A stretch of DNA of 64,000 nucleotides. It comes from Escherichia coli. Its GTDB lineage: Bacteria > Pseudomonadota > Gammaproteobacteria > Enterobacterales > Enterobacteriaceae. Location: NCBI RefSeq assembly GCF_003790525.1, contig NZ_CP033635.1; one strand, 5' to 3'. The notes below the pieces were generated by a model. It was not told the DNA's origin. It did not search any database and worked only from the letters and a program-made list of their open reading frames with translations. Positions within the stretch are counted from its first letter, which is position 1; every line of letters begins with the position of its first letter. Below, one piece after another: positions 29,694-41,474 of the stretch. The translations under genes were made by a program, and so were the position numbers.

Positions 29694-30392
29694 ATGAAAA
29701 TCGGCATCATTGGTGCAATGGAAGAAGAAGTTACGCTGCTGCGTGACAAAATCGAAAACCGTCAAACTATCAGTCTGGGCGGTTGCGAAATCTATACCGG
29801 CCAACTGAATGGAACCGAGGTTGCGCTTCTGAAATCGGGCATCGGTAAAGTCGCTGCGGCGCTGGGTGCCACTCTGCTGTTGGAACACTGCAAGCCAGAT
29901 GTGATTATTAACACCGGTTCTGCCGGTGGCCTGGCACCAACGCTGAAAGTGGGCGATATCGTTGTCTCGGACGAAGCGCGTTATCACGACGCGGATGTCA
30001 CGGCATTTGGTTATGAATACGGCCAGTTACCAGGCTGCCCGGCAGGCTTTAAAGCTGACGATAAACTGATCGCTGCCGCTGAGGCCTGCATTGCCGAACT
30101 GAATCTTAACGCTGTACGTGGCCTGATTGTTAGCGGCGACGCATTCATCAACGGTTCTGTTGGTCTGGCGAAAATCCGCCACAACTTCCCACAGGCCATT
30201 GCTGTAGAGATGGAAGCGACGGCAATCGCCCATGTCTGCCACAATTTCAACGTCCCGTTTGTCGTAGTACGCGCCATCTCCGACGTGGCCGATCAACAGT
30301 CTCATCTTAGCTTCGATGAGTTCCTGGCTGTTGCCGCTAAACAGTCCAGCCTGATGGTTGAGTCACTGGTGCAGAAACTGGCACATGGCTAA
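29694..30392 (+). CDS. mtn: 5-prime-methylthioadenosine / S-adenosylhomocysteine nucleosidase
   Basis: 232-aa [43 protein letters not shown]..., recognised as Mtn (Pfs). Confidence 0.95.
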   Translation: MKIGIIGAMEEEVTLLRDKIENRQTISLGGCEIYTGQLNGTEVALLKSGIGKVAAALGATLLLEHCKPDVIINTGSAGGLAPTLKVGDIVVSDEARYHDADVTAFGYEYGQLPGCPAGFKADDKLIAAAEACIAELNLNAVRGLIVSGDAFINGSVGLAKIRHNFPQAIAVEMEATAIAHVCHNFNVPFVVVRAISDVADQQSHLSFDEFLAVAAKQSSLMVESLVQKLAHG

Positions 30393-31185
30393 GTCACTGT
30401 TCAGGGCGCTGGTCGCCCTGTCTTTTCTCGCGCCGCTGTGGCTCAATGCCGCGCCGCGCGTCATCACGCTTTCTCCCGCCAACACTGAACTTGCCTTTGC
30501 CGCCGGGATCACGCCGGTTGGGGTCAGCAGCTATTCCGACTATCCTCCACAAGCGCAAAAGATTGAGCAGGTTTCCACCTGGCAGGGGATGAATCTGGAA
30601 CGCATTGTCGCGCTGAAACCCGATCTGGTGATTGCCTGGCGTGGAGGTAATGCCGAGCGGCAGGTTGACCAGCTGGCTTCGCTGGGAATAAAAGTGATGT
30701 GGGTCGATGCGACAAGCATTGAACAAATTGCCAATGCGTTACGTCAACTGGCCCCCTGGAGTCCGCAACCGGATAAGGCCGAACAAGCCGCGCAATCCCT
30801 GCTGGATCAGTACGCGCAATTGAAAGCGCAATATGCTGATAAACCTAAAAAACGTGTTTTTCTGCAATTCGGCATTAATCCGCCATTTACCAGTGGAAAA
30901 GAGTCGATTCAAAACCAGGTACTCGAAGTTTGTGGCGGAGAAAACATCTTTAAAGACAGCCGGGTTCCCTGGCCGCAAGTTAGCCGTGAACAGGTGTTAG
31001 CACGCTCGCCACAGGCGATTGTCATTACAGGCGGACCGGACCAAATTCCTAAAATCAAACAATACTGGGGTGAACAGCTCAAAATTCCCGTTATTCCTCT
31101 CACGAGTGACTGGTTTGAACGTGCAAGCCCACGTATTATCCTCGCTGCACAACAGCTCTGTAATGCGCTTTCACAGGTAGATTAG
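30385..31185 (+). CDS. btuF: Vitamin B12 periplasmic binding protein BtuF
   Basis: ORF track starts at 30358; known 266-aa BtuF begins [22 protein letters not shown] (signal peptide), so start moved to 30385; overlaps mtn 3-prime end by 8 nt. Confidence 0.9.
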   Translation: MAKSLFRALVALSFLAPLWLNAAPRVITLSPANTELAFAAGITPVGVSSYSDYPPQAQKIEQVSTWQGMNLERIVALKPDLVIAWRGGNAERQVDQLASLGIKVMWVDATSIEQIANALRQLAPWSPQPDKAEQAAQSLLDQYAQLKAQYADKPKKRVFLQFGINPPFTSGKESIQNQVLEVCGGENIFKDSRVPWPQVSREQVLARSPQAIVITGGPDQIPKIKQYWGEQLKIPVIPLTSDWFERASPRIILAAQQLCNALSQVD

Positions 31186-31222
31186 CGCCTGACCTTTTCA
31201 GGTGCTCAGTGGGGATTGAACA

Positions 31223-31846
31223 ATGCTCGTCTATTGGCTGGATATAGTCGGCACAGCGGTATTTGCCATCTCCGGCGTTTTGTTAGCCGGAAAATTGCGT
31301 ATGGACCCTTTTGGTGTTCTGGTACTGGGCGTGGTAACCGCAGTAGGCGGCGGAACAATTCGCGACATGGCGCTGGATCACGGCCCGGTATTTTGGGTGA
31401 AAGATCCCACCGATCTGGTCGTTGCAATGGTCACCAGCATGCTGACCATCGTGCTGGTGCGCCAGCCAAGACGCTTACCAAAATGGATGTTGCCGGTGCT
31501 GGACGCCGTTGGTCTGGCGGTGTTTGTCGGCATTGGCGTGAATAAAGCCTTTAATGCGGAAGCCGGTCCGTTAATCGCGGTTTGTATGGGCGTCATTACT
31601 GGCGTTGGCGGCGGGATCATTCGTGATGTACTGGCCCGCGAAATCCCCATGATTTTACGTACAGAAATCTACGCAACTGCCTGTATTATCGGCGGTATTG
31701 TCCACGCTACGGCTTATTACACATTTTCCGTACCACTGGAAACAGCCAGTATGATGGGCATGGTCGTGACGCTATTGATTCGGCTGGCGGCTATTCGTTG
31801 GCATCTTAAGCTACCGACGTTTGCGCTGGATGAGAATGGTCGTTGA
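31223..31846 (+). CDS. yadS: Inner membrane protein YadS (UPF0126 family)
   Basis: 207-aa hydrophobic ORF with duplicated glycine-rich membrane segments, recognised as YadS. Confidence 0.85.
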   Translation: MLVYWLDIVGTAVFAISGVLLAGKLRMDPFGVLVLGVVTAVGGGTIRDMALDHGPVFWVKDPTDLVVAMVTSMLTIVLVRQPRRLPKWMLPVLDAVGLAVFVGIGVNKAFNAEAGPLIAVCMGVITGVGGGIIRDVLAREIPMILRTEIYATACIIGGIVHATAYYTFSVPLETASMMGMVVTLLIRLAAIRWHLKLPTFALDENGR

Positions 31847-31857
31847 AGAGAGAAGAT

Positions 31858-31880
31858 GTGCCGGATAGTTTATCCGGCAC
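31858..31880. terminator. Perfect 10-bp hairpin between convergent yadS and erpA
   Basis: GTGCCGGATA-GTT-TATCCGGCAC; no clear U tract on either side. Confidence 0.35.
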
Positions 31881-31892
31881 ATGAACAGCAGA

Positions 31893-32237
31893 TTAGATAC
31901 TAAAGGAAGAACCGCAACCGCAGGTACTTTTCGCGTTCGGGTTGGTCACGATGAAACGAGAACCTTCCAAACCTTCGGTATAGTCAACGGAACCGCCGAC
32001 CAGATATTGCAGGCTCATCGGATCAACCACCAGGCCAACGCCCTGTTTTTCGATGGTCATATCGCCTTCGTTCACCTGATCATCAAAGGTGAAACCATAC
32101 TGGAAGCCGCTGCAACCGCCACCGGTGATATACACGCGTAATTTCAGATTCGGGTTATCTTCGTCAGCGATCAGGCTTTTAACTTTGTTGGCTGCTGCGT
32201 CGGTAAACTCCAGCGGCAGTGCTACGTCATCACTCAT
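31893..32237 (-). CDS. erpA: Iron-sulfur cluster insertion protein ErpA
   Basis: ORF track gives 125 aa; known 114-aa ErpA begins at internal Met ([20 protein letters not shown]...), A-type carrier with C-terminal CGCGSSF motif. Confidence 0.9.
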
Positions 32238-32318
32238 ATTTTGCTCCAAACGACATCGGCAATTGGGCAAATTCTAACCCAATAATAATCGCCATTATCT
32301 AATACCCTGGTATTTCGT

Positions 32319-33758
<1,440 letters not shown>

Positions 33759-33964
33759 TCATACAAATAAGATGACGGCATTTTACTCGCACGTTCCATG
33801 AAAATCCTTTGCAAAGCGTAATGTTTCAAATGCACAAAACTTTTATACTCTAAGAAATCAGGATTGCACCAGTACAAGCAGCCTGATGTTTGACGAGTAT
33901 TTAACTTGTTATGAATAACATAGAATAGCAGCCATTCACTTTTTCTACGAATCAGGAACCCTCC

Positions 33965-35245
33965 ATGAGTAAGTCTGAAAATCTTTACAGCGCAGCGCGC
34001 GAGCTGATCCCTGGCGGTGTGAACTCCCCTGTTCGCGCCTTTACTGGCGTGGGCGGCACTCCACTGTTTATCGAAAAAGCGGACGGCGCTTATCTGTACG
34101 ATGTTGATGGCAAAGCCTATATCGATTATGTCGGTTCCTGGGGGCCGATGGTGCTGGGCCATAACCATCCGGCGATCCGCAATGCCGTGATTGAAGCCGC
34201 CGAGCGTGGTTTAAGCTTTGGTGCACCAACCGAAATGGAAGTGAAAATGGCGCAACTGGTGACCGAACTGGTCCCGACCATGGATATGGTGCGCATGGTG
34301 AACTCCGGCACTGAAGCGACGATGAGCGCCATCCGCCTGGCCCGTGGTTTTACCGGTCGCGACAAAATTATTAAATTTGAAGGTTGTTACCACGGTCACG
34401 CTGACTGCCTGCTGGTGAAAGCCGGTTCTGGCGCACTCACGTTAGGCCAGCCAAATTCGCCGGGCGTTCCGGCAGATTTCGCCAAACATACCTTAACCTG
34501 TACTTATAACGATCTGGCCTCTGTACGCGCCGCGTTTGAGCAATACCCGCAAGAGATTGCCTGTATTATCGTCGAGCCGGTGGCAGGCAATATGAACTGC
34601 GTTCCACCGCTGCCAGAGTTCCTGCCAGGTCTGCGCGCGCTGTGCGACGAATTTGGCGCGTTGCTGATCATCGATGAAGTGATGACCGGTTTCCGCGTAG
34701 CGCTAGCTGGCGCACAGGATTATTACGGCGTAGTGCCAGATTTAACCTGCCTCGGCAAAATCATCGGCGGTGGAATGCCGGTAGGCGCATTCGGTGGTCG
34801 TCGTGATGTAATGGATGCGCTGGCCCCGACTGGTCCGGTATATCAGGCGGGTACGCTTTCCGGTAACCCGATTGCGATGGCAGCCGGTTTCGCCTGTCTG
34901 AATGAAGTCGCACAGCCGGGCGTTCACGAAACGCTGGATGAGCTGACAACACGTCTGGCAGAAGGTCTGCTGGAAGCGGCAGAAGAAGCCGGAATTCCGC
35001 TGGTGGTAAACCACGTTGGCGGCATGTTCGGTATTTTCTTTACCGACGCCGAGTCCGTGACGTGCTATCAGGATGTGATGGCCTGTGACGTGGAACGCTT
35101 TAAGCGTTTCTTCCATATGATGCTGGACGAAGGTGTTTACCTGGCACCGTCAGCGTTTGAAGCGGGCTTTATGTCCGTGGCGCATAGCATGGAAGATATC
35201 AATAACACCATCGATGCTGCACGTCGGGTGTTTGCGAAGTTGTAA
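33965..35245 (+). CDS. hemL: Glutamate-1-semialdehyde 2,1-aminomutase
   Basis: 426-aa [29 protein letters not shown]..., recognised as HemL. Confidence 0.95.
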   Translation: MSKSENLYSAARELIPGGVNSPVRAFTGVGGTPLFIEKADGAYLYDVDGKAYIDYVGSWGPMVLGHNHPAIRNAVIEAAERGLSFGAPTEMEVKMAQLVTELVPTMDMVRMVNSGTEATMSAIRLARGFTGRDKIIKFEGCYHGHADCLLVKAGSGALTLGQPNSPGVPADFAKHTLTCTYNDLASVRAAFEQYPQEIACIIVEPVAGNMNCVPPLPEFLPGLRALCDEFGALLIIDEVMTGFRVALAGAQDYYGVVPDLTCLGKIIGGGMPVGAFGGRRDVMDALAPTGPVYQAGTLSGNPIAMAAGFACLNEVAQPGVHETLDELTTRLAEGLLEAAEEAGIPLVVNHVGGMFGIFFTDAESVTCYQDVMACDVERFKRFFHMMLDEGVYLAPSAFEAGFMSVAHSMEDINNTIDAARRVFAKL

Positions 35246-35251
35246 TGATTT

Positions 35252-35274
35252 TGCCTCGCCCACCGGGCGAGGCA
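35252..35274. terminator. Hairpin between convergent hemL and fhuB
   Basis: TGCCTCGCC-CACCG-GGCGAGGCA immediately after the hemL stop, followed by ATTCTATT. Confidence 0.4.
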
Positions 35275-35279
35275 TTCTA

Positions 35280-37262
35280 TTAACGGCTCTGCTTTCTCAA
35301 CAAATAGATAAAATATGGCGCGCCGATAAAGGTCGACAGCAGCCCCGCCGGGATCTGGAATGGAAACAATACCATCCGCCCACACCAGTCAGCGAACACC
35401 AGCAGTAAACCACCCACCAGCGCCGAAATTACGATGTGTGGCATCGTCCGTCGAAAGCCCATCATCCGCGCAATATGCGGTGCCATTAAACCAACAAAAC
35501 TCAACGGTCCAATGGTCATTGTCGCAGTCGCTGTCAGGCAAGCCGCTAACAGCAGCAGCGCAATTCGCGTCGGCGTCAGCGCCATTCCTACGGCTCGTGC
35601 GGTATCACCGCCCAGCGGTAAAATGGTCAGCCAGCGGCGGCACAGCGGGGTAATCGCCAGCAAAATTACCATCACAATTCCCGTGCGCCAGACCTGCGCC
35701 TCGGTCGCGTTGTAGGTCGAACCGGAAATCCAGGTCAGAACTTGCGCCATTCGCGGGTCACCACTTGCCTGCAACATCATCAAAAGCATGGTGAACGCGG
35801 TACTTAACGCCATCCCCGCCAGTAACATGCGGTGTGGGGAAAATCCACCGCGTCCGGCGGCGATCATAATGATCAACAGCGTCACCGCCGCCCCGAGGCT
35901 GCCCGCGGGTAACAGCCAGCCAAAGGCATTACCCGGCACCAAAAACAGCATCAACACCACACCAAACGCCGCGCCGGAACTAATCCCCAGCACTTCCGGG
36001 CTTGCCATCGGGTTTCCGGTCAGCCGCTGAATAATACAGCCCGCCACTGCCAGCATGATGCCCGCAAACAGTGCCGCCATAATTCGCGGCCAGCGCCAGG
36101 GCATTAAATCATCGAGCAGCGCCCCGCTCGCCCACGTCCAGCCGTGCGCATCACGACCAAACGACAGCGCCACCACCACAGCCATCAACAGCAGCACGCC
36201 GCCCGCGAGGGCAAACGCCAGCACGTGTTGGCGTTCAGTCTCGACACGATCGTTGACCTTCATATCCGGCGCGCTAATGCTGCGTAAACGCGGCAGCAAC
36301 CACAGTAGCAGCGGCGCACCGATCAACGCAGTGACCGAACCGGTGGACACTTCCATCCACACGCGAGTCAGCCAGAGGATGATTTGATCGGAAAGCCAGA
36401 GGATCAGCGCACCAATCAGCGACGCCAGCATCAACCTTGGTAGCAGACGCCGCGCCCCCAGCATTTTCGCCAGCAGTGGCGCGAACAAACCGATAAAGCC
36501 GATAATCCCCACCGCGTTCACCAGCAGCGCACTGATGACAATCGCCAGCGACAACGCCGCCAGACGCGCCAGCGACAAGGCCAGCCCGAGATTGCGCGCC
36601 ACTCCATCATCAAGCCCCATCAGAGTTAACGGGCGAAGTAGCAATAACGTCAGCATCACGCCGCCCAGCAGCTGCGGCCATAAACGCTCAACGCCGCCCC
36701 AGTCGGTTTGCGTCAGCGTTCCGGTGCTCCACAGGAACATGCTTTGCAGTTGGTCATGATGGAAGATAACCAGTAACTGATTGATTGCGCCGCAATAAAG
36801 GCTCACTACCAGCCCCGCGAGGATCAGCGTTACCGGCGAAAGCCGTTTCCCCCACGCGACGCCAAAGACGATTAAGCCAACCACACAAGCCCCTGCCAAT
36901 GCAGCAAACTGGCTCGCCATAGCACCTGGGATCGCCCAGAGCGTGGTGACGGTAATCCCCAGTTGCGCGCCTGTTGCAACGCCCAACGTCGTCGGTTCCG
37001 CCAGCGGGTTACGCAGCACTTGCTGAAACAGCACGCCCACCAGCCCCAGGCCCGCGCCCACCAGCAGCGAAATCGCCAGACGCGGCAACAAGCTGTAGTG
37101 AAAAATCATCTGCTCGATGACGTCAATATCCGGCGACCAGGCGGCCTGCGCCCACTGGCTGCGCGGCAGCGCCTGCGAGAAGTTCATCCAGGTCAACGCC
37201 GCAGCAGCAACCACCAGCAGCACCAGCAATAACACCGGAAAAAGCGCAATTCGTTTACTCAC
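35280..37262 (-). CDS. fhuB: Ferric hydroxamate ABC transporter permease
   Basis: 660-aa duplicated-permease ORF recognised as FhuB; overlaps fhuD stop. Confidence 0.95.
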   Translation of the reverse strand: MSKRIALFPVLLLVLLVVAAAALTWMNFSQALPRSQWAQAAWSPDIDVIEQMIFHYSLLPRLAISLLVGAGLGLVGVLFQQVLRNPLAEPTTLGVATGAQLGITVTTLWAIPGAMASQFAALAGACVVGLIVFGVAWGKRLSPVTLILAGLVVSLYCGAINQLLVIFHHDQLQSMFLWSTGTLTQTDWGGVERLWPQLLGGVMLTLLLLRPLTLMGLDDGVARNLGLALSLARLAALSLAIVISALLVNAVGIIGFIGLFAPLLAKMLGARRLLPRLMLASLIGALILWLSDQIILWLTRVWMEVSTGSVTALIGAPLLLWLLPRLRSISAPDMKVNDRVETERQHVLAFALAGGVLLLMAVVVALSFGRDAHGWTWASGALLDDLMPWRWPRIMAALFAGIMLAVAGCIIQRLTGNPMASPEVLGISSGAAFGVVLMLFLVPGNAFGWLLPAGSLGAAVTLLIIMIAAGRGGFSPHRMLLAGMALSTAFTMLLMMLQASGDPRMAQVLTWISGSTYNATEAQVWRTGIVMVILLAITPLCRRWLTILPLGGDTARAVGMALTPTRIALLLLAACLTATATMTIGPLSFVGLMAPHIARMMGFRRTMPHIVISALVGGLLLVFADWCGRMVLFPFQIPAGLLSTFIGAPYFIYLLRKQSR

Positions 37263-38149
37263 GCTTTACCTCCGATGGCGTTATCCAGAATACGCACAAA
37301 GTGCATTGCAGAAAGCGTCGCACCATAGAACCAGACCGCCGGAACGCGCTGAAAGCGTCCGGCGCGGACAAACGGCATGGCCTGCCACAGCGGGGTTGCC
37401 ATTAGGGTGTCCATGTCTTTGCTGTTGTCGTGATCAAAACAGAGCACATCAACGTCTTTATACGCTGCCAGACGATCGATACTGACAGCGGTACTGCCCC
37501 AGAAGTTGGTTTCCCCTTGCCAGGCATTTGGGATGCCGTACTCATCAAGAATTTCCTGGAACAGGCTGTTTGGACCGAAGACCAACATATGGCGCGGATC
37601 GATAAGTGTCGTCAGCAATAACGGGCGTGCACCACGCTTCACAAAGCGGGGTTTCATGCTGCGGATAAAGTCTTCATAGTGCGCTAAATGCGTTTCTGCT
37701 GCGCTTTGCAGGTTAAGTAAATCTGCCATTTCCGTCAGTGATTTACGCGCCATCGCCAGCGGCTGTTTGCCATCGCTGAAGTTAAATCCGCGCCCCGGCG
37801 CAATGCGTGCCAGCATTTCTGGTGAAGGGCCATATCCTGCCGACCAGACCATAAACGATGGTTTCATTTCGGTCAGCAGTTCAAGGTTAGGTTCTGTGCG
37901 CAAACCGACGTCGATCACTGAGTCCGGCAATGGTGGTTCGCTGACCCACAGGCGATAGTTGATGGTATCCGCCACGCCGTAAGGCACGATGCCGAGCGCC
38001 AGCAGTAATTCCACCGGCAACCACTCCAGCGCCACAATACGATTGGGATCAATAGCCGCCGCGTGGGCGGTATTCATCTGCCATAACAACGGAGAAAGCG
38101 CCATCGCCGTTAACAGTCGACGGCGCGAAATAAGAGGTAAGCCGCTCAT
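37259..38149 (-). CDS. fhuD: Ferric hydroxamate periplasmic binding protein
   Basis: ORF track gives 297 aa (MMSGLPLISRRRLL...); the second Met gives the 296-aa FhuD; start overlaps fhuC stop. Confidence 0.9.
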   Translation of the reverse strand: MSGLPLISRRRLLTAMALSPLLWQMNTAHAAAIDPNRIVALEWLPVELLLALGIVPYGVADTINYRLWVSEPPLPDSVIDVGLRTEPNLELLTEMKPSFMVWSAGYGPSPEMLARIAPGRGFNFSDGKQPLAMARKSLTEMADLLNLQSAAETHLAHYEDFIRSMKPRFVKRGARPLLLTTLIDPRHMLVFGPNSLFQEILDEYGIPNAWQGETNFWGSTAVSIDRLAAYKDVDVLCFDHDNSKDMDTLMATPLWQAMPFVRAGRFQRVPAVWFYGATLSAMHFVRILDNAIGGKA

Positions 38150-38946
38150 CAATAAACAAAACTCACAGGTGCAGCACCCGCCGGATGCGGCAAAATACCC
38201 ATCGGGATGCCATAAATCATTTCAAGGGTTTCGCCGCGCATAATTTCCGCAGGCGTTCCCTGAGCAATCATTTCACCACCGCGCAGGGCGACCAGATAAT
38301 CACAGTAGCGTGCCGCCATATTGATATCGTGCAACACGGCAATGACCGTCAGGCCACGCTCCTGACTTAAACGGTGCACCAGCGCCAGCACATCAACCTG
38401 GTGGGCGATATCCAGCGCCGAGGTCGGTTCGTCGAGCAACAGACAACGGCTATCCTGTGCCACCAGCATAGCGATCCACGCCCGCTGACGTTCGCCGCCA
38501 GAGAGACTATCGACCAGCCGATGCGCCAGCGGTTTTAAGCCAACCAGCGAAATCGCCTCTTCGACCTTTTCGCGATCTGCCGCACCAAAGCGCCCCAGTG
38601 CGCCATGCCACGGGTAACGACCAATCGCCACCAGTTCACGCACGGTCATCCCTTCTGCCGGAGGAAGCTGCTGCGGCAAATAAGCCACTTTGCGGGCAAA
38701 CGCTTTGCTGCTCCAGCTTTCCAGCGGCTGGGCATCAAGGAGAATCTCCCCTTCCGACGGTGGCTGGTGACGACCAAGCATTTTGAGCAGAGTGGATTTA
38801 CCAGAACCGTTGTGACCAATCAGACCGGTCACTTTCCCGGCAGGAAAGGTTAACGACAGCGGATGCAAAAGCGTGCGCCCGGGCACACGAAAGGAGATAT
38901 TACGCAGTGCAAAAGTGGTATCGGAATGATTCGTGTATTCCTGCAT
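38149..38946 (-). CDS. fhuC: Ferric hydroxamate ABC transporter ATPase
   Basis: ORF track gives 279 aa; known 265-aa FhuC begins at internal Met (MQEYTNHSDTTFALRNISF...); Walker A GHNGSGKST present. Confidence 0.93.
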   Translation of the reverse strand: MQEYTNHSDTTFALRNISFRVPGRTLLHPLSLTFPAGKVTGLIGHNGSGKSTLLKMLGRHQPPSEGEILLDAQPLESWSSKAFARKVAYLPQQLPPAEGMTVRELVAIGRYPWHGALGRFGAADREKVEEAISLVGLKPLAHRLVDSLSGGERQRAWIAMLVAQDSRCLLLDEPTSALDIAHQVDVLALVHRLSQERGLTVIAVLHDINMAARYCDYLVALRGGEMIAQGTPAEIMRGETLEMIYGIPMGILPHPAGAAPVSFVY

Positions 38947-38996
38947 AACAGCCAACTTGTGAAACGGGCACGGAAATCCGTGCCCCAAAAGAGAAA

Positions 38997-41255
38997 TTAG
39001 AAACGGAAGGTTGCGGTTGCAACGACCTGACGTTCTGCGCCCCAGAAGCAGCCATAGGTGTTAAAGCAGCTGGCGACGTATTCACGATCGAACAGGTTGT
39101 TGACATGCAGCGCCACGTTGGAGCCAGCCATGCCGACTCGCGCCAGATCATAACGCACTAACGCATCCACGACCGTATAACTTCCCACTTTAAAGGAGTT
39201 AGCCGGATCACCATAGCTGGAGCCAGTATAACGACCACCGGTGCCCAGCGTCAGACCTGAAAGCGGACCGTCAAAGAAGGTATAGTCAGCCCACAGCGAA
39301 GCCATGTGTTTTGGCACCTGTGCAGGCGTATTGCCTTTATAGGTAGTGTCGGTGGTGTATTCCGCATCGGTGTAAGTATAAGAACCTACTACGTTAACAC
39401 TCGCCGACAGCGCCGCTTTTGCTTCCAGTTCTACACCACGAGCGCGAATCTCACCGCCTTCAATCGAGAAATTGGGATTATTCGGATCCGCCATCAGGTT
39501 GTTGGTTTTGGTAAGCTGATACAGTGCGCCCGTCAGCACAATTGGGCGATCTTCCGGCACATATTTCACACCAACTTCATACTGTTTGCCTTTCGAAGGT
39601 GCAAACAGATCACCGTTTGCATCTGTCAAAGATGCTGGCTCAAACGACTCACTGTAGCTGAAGTAAGGCGTTACCCCGTTGTCGAACAGGTAGTTTACGC
39701 CACCACGCCAGGTGAACTGTTTGTCATCACGATCGGATTTATTACCGTAATCACGGTTGAAAGATGACTGTTCCGCCCAGTCATAGCGACCACCCAGAGT
39801 CACCAGCACCTTATCCCACTGCGCCTGATCCTGAACATACAGACCGGTTTGTTTCTGTTTAAGCAAAACGCGGTATGGGCCAGACGGATCCGGGTGAGCA
39901 CCAAAATCAAAGTCACTACGGTCTAAATTATAGATATCAGACGGTGCAACGGAACCGGCGTAACCGAACCAGGAGTCAATATCATTACGCATACGCATAA
40001 AGTCAACGCCGGTCAGCAGAGTGTGTTCAACCGAGCCGGTTGCGAATTTACTTTGCAACTGAGTATCAACAGAGAAGTTTTCTAATTTCTCATTATCGAT
40101 AACGTACTGACGAGTCAGTGTATGATTCCATTCTGACTGCGGGATACTTAAACATGGACTCGCCTTGAGTGCATCGTCGTCTTTGGTATACAGCGGATCC
40201 GAGCACATGCCGTAGCCATATACGCTCTTTTGCGAGACTTTATTTTGCGCAAAGCGCAGGTTCTGACGCACAGTAAAGGTGTCGTTAAATTCGTGATCGA
40301 AGCTGTAGCCCACCATCTTCTCATTACGAGAATAGGTGTTGTTCTTCGCCCCTTCATTAAAGTCTGTCGGCAGACGCTTACCGTTCGGCAGCGGCTCAAC
40401 GGTTCCCTCTTTCGGCAACCAGCCGTAATAACCGGTTTCCGGTTCGTTCTGGAAGTAAGAAAGGAAAGTGAAATTGGTTTTATCATCCGGGCGCCAGGTG
40501 AACGCTGGAGCAATAGCATAACGCTGCTCTTCTGCCCCCTTCTGCTGAGCATTGGCTGAACGCGCAATACCAGTCAGACGATAAGAGTAAACGCCGTCAT
40601 CATCCAGCGCATCACTGAAGTCAAAACCAGTCTGGAACAGGCTGTCAGTACCGGCTTTAAACTGAATTTCTTTCAGCGGTTCTGTAGTCGGGCGCTTGCT
40701 GACCATGTTCAACAGGCCGCCAGGGCTGCTTTTCCCGTACAGCACGGATACCGGACCACGCATGATTTCAGCGCGCTCCAGCATATACGGATCGATAACT
40801 GCATCGTTATAGAAGTTGCCCTGCATCTTCAGGCCATTCAGATAGTTGTTCTGGCTTTGGCCGTCAGCGGCAAATCCGCGGATGATCAGGTAATCGTAAG
40901 TGTTGGATGCGCCACGAGTTCCCACGGCAACGCCAGGAGTGTAGCTAAGAGCTTCTTTTACCGACTTCGGCTGATGCAGCGCCATCTCTTCGGCGGTCAC
41001 AACAGAAATAGACTGTGGCACTTTTTGAATCGGCGTATCGGTTTTAGTGCCGGTAGCGGACTGTCGCGCCGCAATAGTTGCAGCTGGCCCCCATGCGCTT
41101 TCTTGCGGCGCAGGTGCAGCGGTAACGGTGATAGTGTCTTCTTTCGGTTCAACCGCTGCCTGTGCATAAACAGACATGCCGCTAACCGCTGTGGCTACTA
41201 CAACTGCGATTTTACGCAGTGAGTGTTTTGGCTGAGCAGTTTTGGAACGCGCCAT
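38997..41255 (-). CDS. fhuA: TonB-dependent ferrichrome outer membrane receptor FhuA (phage T1/T5/phi80 receptor)
   Basis: 752-aa ORF with signal peptide, TonB-box region, plug and beta-barrel ending in F; N- and C-terminal regions match FhuA while central predicted-loop segments differ from the K-12 allele as I recall it (see findings). Confidence 0.93.
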   Translation of the reverse strand: MARSKTAQPKHSLRKIAVVVATAVSGMSVYAQAAVEPKEDTITVTAAPAPQESAWGPAATIAARQSATGTKTDTPIQKVPQSISVVTAEEMALHQPKSVKEALSYTPGVAVGTRGASNTYDYLIIRGFAADGQSQNNYLNGLKMQGNFYNDAVIDPYMLERAEIMRGPVSVLYGKSSPGGLLNMVSKRPTTEPLKEIQFKAGTDSLFQTGFDFSDALDDDGVYSYRLTGIARSANAQQKGAEEQRYAIAPAFTWRPDDKTNFTFLSYFQNEPETGYYGWLPKEGTVEPLPNGKRLPTDFNEGAKNNTYSRNEKMVGYSFDHEFNDTFTVRQNLRFAQNKVSQKSVYGYGMCSDPLYTKDDDALKASPCLSIPQSEWNHTLTRQYVIDNEKLENFSVDTQLQSKFATGSVEHTLLTGVDFMRMRNDIDSWFGYAGSVAPSDIYNLDRSDFDFGAHPDPSGPYRVLLKQKQTGLYVQDQAQWDKVLVTLGGRYDWAEQSSFNRDYGNKSDRDDKQFTWRGGVNYLFDNGVTPYFSYSESFEPASLTDANGDLFAPSKGKQYEVGVKYVPEDRPIVLTGALYQLTKTNNLMADPNNPNFSIEGGEIRARGVELEAKAALSASVNVVGSYTYTDAEYTTDTTYKGNTPAQVPKHMASLWADYTFFDGPLSGLTLGTGGRYTGSSYGDPANSFKVGSYTVVDALVRYDLARVGMAGSNVALHVNNLFDREYVASCFNTYGCFWGAERQVVATATFRF

Positions 41256-41293
41256 TGGTATATCTCTGATGTAAAGTGAATGATAACGTAAAC

Positions 41294-41326
41294 GAGAATG
41301 ATTATTATAAAGATAAGATAATATTC
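41294..41326 (-). promoter_or_regulatory. Fur box-like sequence in the fhuA promoter region
   Basis: GAGAATGATTATTATAAAGATAAGATAATATT resembles the GATAATGATAATCATTATC Fur consensus, 40 to 70 nt upstream of the fhuA ATG. Confidence 0.5.
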
Positions 41327-41433
41327 GAAACGCTGGCGGGTTCGCAAGCGGTACGCAATCTGAGCGTTCCTGAAGGGTTAATAAACAACCAGATGAAAAG
41401 AAAGGGTTAATACTTTAGGTGGGATGTTATTTT

Positions 41434-41458
41434 ACCGGATGGCTACTCGCCATCCGGT
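41434..41458. repeat. Perfect 10-bp inverted repeat between the mrcB stop and the fhuA promoter
   Basis: ACCGGATGGC-TACTC-GCCATCCGGT; flanked by A/T runs in the wrong orientation for a minus-strand intrinsic terminator. Confidence 0.35.
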
Positions 41459-41474
41459 ATGTCACGCTTAGACG

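Noticed and set aside
31858-31880. Possible REP element at the yadS/erpA hairpin
   Set aside because: Palindromic, but lacks the characteristic REP consensus and is a single copy here; kept only as a generic hairpin.
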